A stretch of 64,000 bases of DNA from an uncultured delta proteobacterium (lineage in GTDB: Bacteria; Desulfobacterota; Binatia; DP-6). The notes under the pieces are model-generated. The model saw only the letters and a program-made list of their open reading frames with translations, had not been told where the DNA came from and made no database searches. The position numbers were made by a program, and so were the translations under genes. This document shows positions 57,876-64,000 of the stretch, in pieces. The DNA lies in the NCBI GenBank assembly GCA_963815115.1, contig CAWFFN010000009.1, positions 1,872,191-1,936,190 on the forward strand. The letters run 5' to 3'. Every line of letters begins with the position of its first letter. Position 1 is the first letter of the stretch.

Positions 57876-59102
57876 CTACACCGGCAAGCTGCCCGTCGCC
57901 CTTCGCGTCGATCCGTCCTTCTTGAACGCCGCGATCGTCCGTTCGGCGATGCGCCACTGGTGCACCTCGTCGGCGCCATCCGCGAAGCGCGCCCAGCGCG
58001 CGTGCAGCGCCATGCGTGCGAGCGGGGTGTCGAGCGAGTAGCCGAGGGCGCCATGCACCTGGATCGCCCGGTCGACGATGCGGTTCAACGCGTTGGCGAC
58101 GAAGTGCTTCGCCATGGACACCTCGCTCCGGAAGTCCTCGCCGCGGTCGATCTTGTACGCGGCGTGCAAGACCATGAGCTTGCACTGATAGAGCTCCATC
58201 GTGGAGTCGGCGATCATCCACTGGATGCCCTGCTTCTCAGCGAGGAGCGAGCCGTGCGCGAAGCGCGTGAGCGCACGATCGACCATCATGTCCAGGGCGA
58301 CCTCGGCCTGACCGACCCACCGCATGCAATGGGCGAGCCGTGCGGGGCCGAGACGGGACTGCCCGAGGAGATGCCCCTGGCCACGTCCGCCGAGCATGTT
58401 CTCCTTGGGAACCCGCAGGTTCTCGATGCGGATCTCGGCGTGGTTGTGGTGGCCCGCCATCGTGAGGACGTCGCGCACGACGTTCCAGCCGTGCGCCGGG
58501 AGGTCGACGAGGAACGCCGTGTTCGCGGCTTGCGGGATCGCCGGTTCGTCCTCCGTACGCGCGATCAGGATCGCGAATGCGGCCCCGCTCGCGCCCGAAA
58601 TGAACCACTTGTGGCCGTTGACCACCCACCCGTCGCCGTCGAGGGTCGCGCGCGTCCGGATCAGCGTCGGATCGGAGCCCGCAACCTCCGGCTCCGTCAT
58701 CGCGAAGCACGAGCGCGCCATCCCGTCGCACAGCGGCCGCAGGTACTTCTCCTTCTGCGCATCCGTCGCCCAGTGGAGCAGGGTATGCATGTTGCCCTCG
58801 TCGGGCGCTTGGGCATTCAACGCGTAGGGCCCGTACGCCGACTTCGCCGCTTCGGCCGAAACCGCGGCCATGGCGACGTGTCCGACGCCCATGCCGCCGT
58901 ACTCCGTCGGCATGTGCGGCAGCCAGAGACCCCAATCCTTCGCCGCGACCCGCATCTCGATGATCGACTGGATGAGGAAGCGGCGGTCGTTCTCGCGTCT
59001 CTCGATCTCGGCCTCGCGCGGCCGCACCACCTCGGTGACGAACCGTCGTACCTTGAGCCGCAGTTCGTCGATCTCGGGAGGAAACGTGAAGTCGATGGCC
59101 AT
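57876..59102 (-). CDS. acyl-CoA dehydrogenase (ACAD10/11-like)
   Basis: NAQAPDEGNM, FAMTEP, NGHKWFIS, RLGPARLAHCMR, QVHGALG, FADGADEVH. Confidence 0.94.
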   Translation of the reverse strand: MAIDFTFPPEIDELRLKVRRFVTEVVRPREAEIERRENDRRFLIQSIIEMRVAAKDWGLWLPHMPTEYGGMGVGHVAMAAVSAEAAKSAYGPYALNAQAPDEGNMHTLLHWATDAQKEKYLRPLCDGMARSCFAMTEPEVAGSDPTLIRTRATLDGDGWVVNGHKWFISGASGAAFAILIARTEDEPAIPQAANTAFLVDLPAHGWNVVRDVLTMAGHHNHAEIRIENLRVPKENMLGGRGQGHLLGQSRLGPARLAHCMRWVGQAEVALDMMVDRALTRFAHGSLLAEKQGIQWMIADSTMELYQCKLMVLHAAYKIDRGEDFRSEVSMAKHFVANALNRIVDRAIQVHGALGYSLDTPLARMALHARWARFADGADEVHQWRIAERTIAAFKKDGSTRRATGSLPV

Positions 59103-59127
59103 GAAGATGTCCCCCGGTCCGCGAAGG

Positions 59128-59505
59128 TCACTCGTCGAGAAGGACGTATCCCGGGAGGGCGGCCGCGCGGAAGATCGGGCGCGCGAACCCGGGCAGCCGG
59201 GACTCCGCCGCGTCGAAGGCGACGATGCGCGGGTTTCCGAGCGTCATGCGGCGGCCCATGCGTTCGAGATCGCATCCCCCTGCACGAACGATGTTGCGCG
59301 CCCAGTCGACGTCGCGCCCGTACGTCATCGGCACCACGAAGCCCGCGCCGGCGTGGAACGCGACGACGGGCGTCCGGTAGGGTCGTCCGCTTCGCCGCCC
59401 GACGTGGTGGATCACGGCGAGAGGCGGCACGAGCCACGCGAAGGTCCCGAGCACGTGGTTCGTGAACACCCGGTTCACGCGGCGCATGACGCGTGGGAAG
59501 TGCAC
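59128..59505 (-). CDS. deazaflavin (F420)-dependent nitroreductase family protein
   Basis: HVGRRSGRPYRTPV, YGRDVDWARN. Confidence 0.8.
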   Translation of the reverse strand: MHFPRVMRRVNRVFTNHVLGTFAWLVPPLAVIHHVGRRSGRPYRTPVVAFHAGAGFVVPMTYGRDVDWARNIVRAGGCDLERMGRRMTLGNPRIVAFDAAESRLPGFARPIFRAAALPGYVLLDE

Positions 59506-59559
59506 GATGCAGGACCCTAGCGCCGCCAGGGCTCAAATGCGACTCCCCGGGGGCCACCA

Positions 59560-61176
59560 TCACGCCGCGGCACGCTCCCCGTGCGCGCGGCGGGCGGCGT
59601 CGATCAGGTTCCGCCGCAGGATCGCCGAGGCGCACAGGGCGCCGCCGATCAGCGCACCGCCGACGCCGCAGGTGACGACGTCGGCACCGCTGAGGAACAG
59701 CCCGCGCACCGGGGTCTGGGGACGCAGCAGCGGATGGCGGAAGCGCGTCGGGGTGTGGGCGACGCCGTAGATCTCGCCCTGCGGATGGGCGGCGAAGTGG
59801 CGGGTGCTGAGCGGCGTCGAGAGCTCGGCGATCTCGACCGCGCCGCGCGTCTGCGGCACGTGCCGGTAGAGGACGTCGAGCAGGCGGGTGGCGAGCGCCC
59901 GCTTGACGGCTGCATACTCGGTGCCCCGCTTGTGCCAGCGTGTGTCCCGCCAGGCGGCGAAGCGCGCCCAGGGGAGCAGCGTCGCCACCTCGATCGTCGC
60001 GCGGCCCGGGCAGCGGCGTTCGAAGTCGGGGTCCTTGGCCGAAGGGAAGGAGATGTACGCCGGCGGCGGCGCCGCCGCGTCGGCAGCCACCGCCAGCGTG
60101 TGCTCGTGACGCTCGTCGGGGTAGACCCAGATGTTGCTCCCCTCGAGGCCGAGTTCGCGGGCGGTCCCGCGGAGGCCGACGTACAGGCAGGCGTGCGCGA
60201 TCGACGGCGACAAGCCGACAAGCGCAGCGCGCAGTCCGTGCCGCTCGGCCAGCGCCGCCGGCACCAGCCGTCCGAAGGTGTTGGCGACGCCGGCGTCGCT
60301 GATGACCAGGGGCGCACGCAGCACGGCGCCGTCGGCGGCCATGCGGACGCCCGCCGCCCGGTTGCCCTCGATCACGATCTCGGCGACCTCGGCGTTGCTG
60401 AGCAGCTCGCCGCCACGGGTGCGGATGACCGGCGCGATGGTCTGCGCGATCCGCGCCGCGCCGCCCACCGGGTAGCTGCCGCCAGCGAGGTAGTGGTGCG
60501 CGATCAGGGCGTGAGCGGCGAAGCTGCTCTGCGCCGGCGGTAGACCGTAGTCGCCCCACTGCGCCGTCAGTACGCCGATCAGACGCTGGTCGGCGGTCAG
60601 TGACTCGAGCACCTCGCGCGTGGTGCGGTCCGAGAGGCGAAAGAAGCGGCCCCGGGCCAACGGCATCACCATGGCGCCGATCAGACGGGGGAACGCCTTG
60701 CCGGCGAAGAAGTCGTGCGTGGCCGCGACCGTCTCGTGAACGAGCGCGAAGTAGCGATCGATGGCGTTCAGCTCGGCCGGAAACCGTTCGACCAGCCGCG
60801 CGCGCAGCGCGGCTTCGCCGCGTGGGAAGTCGAAGCGGGTATCGCCCAGGAACACGCGGTCGTAGACCGGGCCCATGTCGGCCCACGCGAGCTGCCCGTC
60901 GGTGATCTCGTCGAACAGCGGGCGCAGCAGGCCACCCGGTTGCACCTCGCCGACGTAGTGCACGCCGACGTCCCATTCGTAGCCGGGACGGCGGAAGACG
61001 TGGGTGAAGCCGCCGATTGCATAGTGGCGTTCGAGGACCAGCACGCGGCGCCGGCCGTGGCGAGCGAGCAGCGCCGCGGTGGTGAGGCCCCCGATGCCCG
61101 AGCCGATGACGATCGCATCGTACGCCTCCCGTACGGGGTGGCGCTGATAGGGCTCGGCAATCCGCCCCGGCGTCAT
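59560..61176 (-). CDS. FAD-dependent phytoene desaturase/retinol saturase family oxidoreductase
   Basis: DAIVIGSGIGG, LERHY.IGG.TH.F...YEWDVGVHYVG, YPVGG, ISFPSAKDP, STPLS, GEIYG. Confidence 0.9.
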   Translation of the reverse strand: MTPGRIAEPYQRHPVREAYDAIVIGSGIGGLTTAALLARHGRRRVLVLERHYAIGGFTHVFRRPGYEWDVGVHYVGEVQPGGLLRPLFDEITDGQLAWADMGPVYDRVFLGDTRFDFPRGEAALRARLVERFPAELNAIDRYFALVHETVAATHDFFAGKAFPRLIGAMVMPLARGRFFRLSDRTTREVLESLTADQRLIGVLTAQWGDYGLPPAQSSFAAHALIAHHYLAGGSYPVGGAARIAQTIAPVIRTRGGELLSNAEVAEIVIEGNRAAGVRMAADGAVLRAPLVISDAGVANTFGRLVPAALAERHGLRAALVGLSPSIAHACLYVGLRGTARELGLEGSNIWVYPDERHEHTLAVAADAAAPPPAYISFPSAKDPDFERRCPGRATIEVATLLPWARFAAWRDTRWHKRGTEYAAVKRALATRLLDVLYRHVPQTRGAVEIAELSTPLSTRHFAAHPQGEIYGVAHTPTRFRHPLLRPQTPVRGLFLSGADVVTCGVGGALIGGALCASAILRRNLIDAARRAHGERAAA

Positions 61177-61371
61177 GCCCGACTCGGAGCAACCGGCGTA
61201 CCACGGTCGGAGGGGCGAAATCTTCGCGAGCTGCCGCGAGGCCGTTCCCAGCTTTGGGAAACACCCGTGGTGAATTGACGCCCTTGGGAACGGCGGTCCT
61301 CGGATGCGTCGCTTTGCTTCGACAGGCAGGCGCTTTACCCGACGCGACGCTTCTGCCAAGGGCCGCACCCG

Positions 61372-62925
61372 ATGCCGCGTCCTCGCCGGTTCGTTGCCGG
61401 CTCCGTGCTCGGGCTCCTCGCCATCTGCCTCCTCGCCGCTTGCCGCCCCTGGGGACGCGGGCGTGACGCGGCGGGGTGCGTCGTCGGCGAGAACCTGGTC
61501 GGCGGCATCGCCGAGCCTGCCGCGCTCGAGCGCGTGATCCCCGTCCGCAAGAAGGCGTGGGAAGCGACGCTGGGCGGCGAGCGCGCGGCGCGCCCGTCCG
61601 TACGCGCCCGGCTGGTCGGCTGGCCGGCGCCGGCGCCGCGCGTGGACGGCCGCGCGCTGCCCGCGGACGACGACGCCTTCGCCTGGCAGGTCGCGCGCGA
61701 CACCTGGCGCGGGCTCGAGGGGCTCACGGACCGCGAGAACCATCTTCCCGTCGACCACGTCCACCTGGCGCCGCTCGACCCGGACGTGCCACCGGTCGGC
61801 GACTACACCAGCGTCGCCACGGTGGGGCTCGTCATGACCGCGCTCGTGGGCGCCACGGAGCTCGGGCTCGTCGGCCGCGCCGACGCGGTCGCGCGCCTCA
61901 CCGCCCTCTTCGACACGCTCGAGCGCCTGGAGACCCACGCCGGTCTCTTCTACAACTACTACGACACGACCTCGCTCGAGCGCACGAGCAACCTGCTCTC
62001 GTTCGTGGATACCGCCTGGCTCACCGCCGGGCTGCTCGTGGTCCGCCAGACCTTCCCCGAGCTGGCCCCGCGCGCGACGGCGCTCGTCGAGCGCGGCGAC
62101 TGGAGCCTGTTCTACGATCCCGCCGCCGGCCTCATGTACCACGGCTGGTGGGTGAAGCCGGGCGGCCCGTCGCGCTATCACTACGGCGTGCTGTACGCCG
62201 AGTCGCGGCTCGGGAGCCTGATCGCCATCGGCAAGGGAGACGCGCCCGAGGCGCACTGGTTCCGGATGGCGCGCACCTTCCCCGCCGCCTGCGACTGGCA
62301 GACACAGGCCCCCCGGCAGCGCCACGAGACGACCGTCCTCGGCCACACCTTCTTCGGCGGCTACTACGCATGGCGCGACGTCGACTATGTCCCCTCCTGG
62401 GGCGGCAGCATGTTCGAGGCGCTCATGCCGGCGCTCTTCCTGGACGAGGCGTTGCACGCCCCGGCCAGCCTCGGCGCCAACGCGCGCGCGCACGTGGCCG
62501 TGCAGCGCCGCTACGCGACCGGGGACCTCGGCTACCCGGCATGGGGTCTCTCGCCGAGCCTGCGACCCGCGAGCGACGGTTACGGGGAGTACGGCGTGCG
62601 CGCGCTCGGCATGATCGGCTACCCGCCCGGCGTGCTCGCCCCCTACGCCTCCGCGCTGGCGCTCGCGGTCGAACCCACGGCGGCGCTGGCCAACCTCCGG
62701 GCGCTGGCCCGACGGTGGGACGTCTGGGGCGACTGGGGCTTCTACGATGCGGTCGATCCTGCGAGCGGCGCCGTCGCCCGCAGCTACCTGACGCTCGACC
62801 AGGCGATGACGTTCATCGCACTCGCGAACCACCTCTGCGCCGGCTGTCTCCAGCGGCACTTCGCGGCAGATCCGATCGTCGCCCGCGCACTGCCGGTCAT
62901 CGGCGCCGAGCATTTCTTCGACTGA
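61372..62925 (+). CDS. lipoprotein glycoside hydrolase of the 'glucoamylase-like'/beta-1,2-glucan-active type (DUF3131-like)
   Basis: Lipobox LLAAC, GLFYNYYD, SFVD, YAESR, SWGGSMFEALMP, WGLS, APYAS, GFYDAV, LDQAM. Confidence 0.8.
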   Translation: MPRPRRFVAGSVLGLLAICLLAACRPWGRGRDAAGCVVGENLVGGIAEPAALERVIPVRKKAWEATLGGERAARPSVRARLVGWPAPAPRVDGRALPADDDAFAWQVARDTWRGLEGLTDRENHLPVDHVHLAPLDPDVPPVGDYTSVATVGLVMTALVGATELGLVGRADAVARLTALFDTLERLETHAGLFYNYYDTTSLERTSNLLSFVDTAWLTAGLLVVRQTFPELAPRATALVERGDWSLFYDPAAGLMYHGWWVKPGGPSRYHYGVLYAESRLGSLIAIGKGDAPEAHWFRMARTFPAACDWQTQAPRQRHETTVLGHTFFGGYYAWRDVDYVPSWGGSMFEALMPALFLDEALHAPASLGANARAHVAVQRRYATGDLGYPAWGLSPSLRPASDGYGEYGVRALGMIGYPPGVLAPYASALALAVEPTAALANLRALARRWDVWGDWGFYDAVDPASGAVARSYLTLDQAMTFIALANHLCAGCLQRHFAADPIVARALPVIGAEHFFD

Positions 62926-64000
62926 TGGCGCGGGTCGAGCTCGAGCACGTCGACAAGACGTTTCCCGACGGCACCCGCGCCGCGGCCGACGTCACGCTCC
63001 AGATCGCGGACAGCGAGCTCCTCGTCCTGGTCGGCCCGTCCGGCTGCGGCAAATCGACGGTGCTGCGCCTCGTCGCCGGGCTCGAGACCGCCACGGCGGG
63101 GACGATCCGGATCGGCGACCGGGTGGTCAACGACGTCCGCCCGCAGGAGCGCAACGTCGCCATGGTGTTCCAGGACTACGCGCTCTACCCGCACATGACC
63201 ACCCGCCGGAACCTCGAGTTCCCGCTCCGCATGCGCCGGCTGCGGCGGTCGGAGATCGACCGGAGCGTGGCGCGGGTCGCGGGCCTGCTCGAGATCGGGC
63301 ACCTGCTCGACCGGCTGCCGAAGCAGCTCTCGGGGGGGCAGCGCCAGCGGGTCGCGATGGGGCGCGCGCTGGTGCGCGAGCCGGCGGCGTCGCTGCTCGA
63401 CGAGCCGCTCTCGAATCTCGACCCGCGGCTGCGCGTGCAGGTCCGCGCCGAGATCCAGGACCTCCAGGCGCGCACGCGCACGACCATGCTCTACGTGACG
63501 CACGACCAGGTCGAGGCCATGACGCTCGGCCACCGCGTGGCGGTGATGGACAGCGGGCGGCTCCAGCAGGTCGCGACGCCACGCGAGCTCTATGCGGCGC
63601 CGGCGAACACGATGGTCGCGGGCTTCATCGGCAACCCGCCGATGAACCTGCTGCCCGCCCGCCTCGGCGACGGGGCGGCGCTGCGCGTCGGCCGCGGCAC
63701 GGTCCCGCTGCCAGACGTACCGGCCGACTTCGGTGACGGCTGGACCGTGGGGCTGCGCCCGGAAGCGCTCGACGTGGTGCCCGAGAGCGATGCGCGGGGC
63801 GCGGTGCCCGCGCGCATCGAGCATCTCGAGAGCCTCGGCTACGAGACGCTCGCGCACCTGCGGCTCGAAGGCGACGAGCGCGCGCGGCTGGTCGCGCGGC
63901 TCGTGGGCATGCCGGCGCTGGTCCCCGGACAACCGGTCGGTCTCGTCGTCGATCCGGCGCAGGTGCGGCTCTTCGACCGCGACGGCCGGCTCGTGCGGTA
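62925..64000 (+). CDS. sugar ABC transporter ATP-binding protein (MalK/UgpC-like), runs to window edge
   Basis: MARVELEHVDKTF, GPSGCGKS, MVFQDYALYPHM, LSGGQRQRVAMGR, DEPLSNLD, YVTHDQVEA. TGATG overlap with the upstream gene. Absent from the ORF track because the stop is cut off. Confidence 0.95.
   Translation, partial: MARVELEHVDKTFPDGTRAAADVTLQIADSELLVLVGPSGCGKSTVLRLVAGLETATAGTIRIGDRVVNDVRPQERNVAMVFQDYALYPHMTTRRNLEFPLRMRRLRRSEIDRSVARVAGLLEIGHLLDRLPKQLSGGQRQRVAMGRALVREPAASLLDEPLSNLDPRLRVQVRAEIQDLQARTRTTMLYVTHDQVEAMTLGHRVAVMDSGRLQQVATPRELYAAPANTMVAGFIGNPPMNLLPARLGDGAALRVGRGTVPLPDVPADFGDGWTVGLRPEALDVVPESDARGAVPARIEHLESLGYETLAHLRLEGDERARLVARLVGMPALVPGQPVGLVVDPAQVRLFDRDGRLVR

Noticed and set aside
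59560-62913. 1117-aa extended desaturase ORF
   Set aside because: The upstream half is antisense to the glycosidase lipoprotein. The FAD motif starts shortly after ATG 61176.

Overview
Very GC-rich bacterial chromosomal window with about 45 CDS. I found no rRNA, tRNA, CRISPR array, integrase or transposase. The gene mix (Thr-linker secreted proteins, two WS/DGATs, F420-type nitroreductase, c-type cytochrome, lipoproteins) suggests an uncultured lineage such as Binatia, which is inference only. (1) 1.2-7.5 kb: an ECF sigma / zinc-finger-cupin (ChrR-like) anti-sigma module. The same promoter-like motif [AG/CC]ATC[C/T]-N17-CGTA lies upstream of four neighbouring genes: a small membrane ORF, a STAND-type ATPase regulator, the sigma gene itself and a DUF4394 gene. 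(2) 7.6-26.5 kb, the best candidate for an undescribed system: two divergent operons. They encode a kinase-less Cache-like polytopic receptor, a RoxA-like di-heme cytochrome c, a GMC oxidoreductase and a truncated catalase-fold protein on one side, and an alpha-dioxygenase-like heme lipoprotein, DUF4331, a TPR protein and a polytopic cPLA2/patatin-like phospholipase on the other. Together they resemble a bacterial fatty-acid release, oxygenation and sensing (oxylipin-like) pathway. (3) 26.6-34.3 kb: a peptidoglycan peptidase, secreted and surface proteins, pseudogene remnants and a duplicated three-half-site operator. (4) 34-64 kb: lgt, a DUF2779 nuclease, Co-type nitrile hydratase, neutral-lipid metabolism genes, amidase/amidohydrolase, and a beta-1,2-glucan-type glycosidase lipoprotein coupled to a sugar ABC ATPase. 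Several single-base frameshifts may be sequencing errors. All domain calls come from motifs read by eye, not from database searches.
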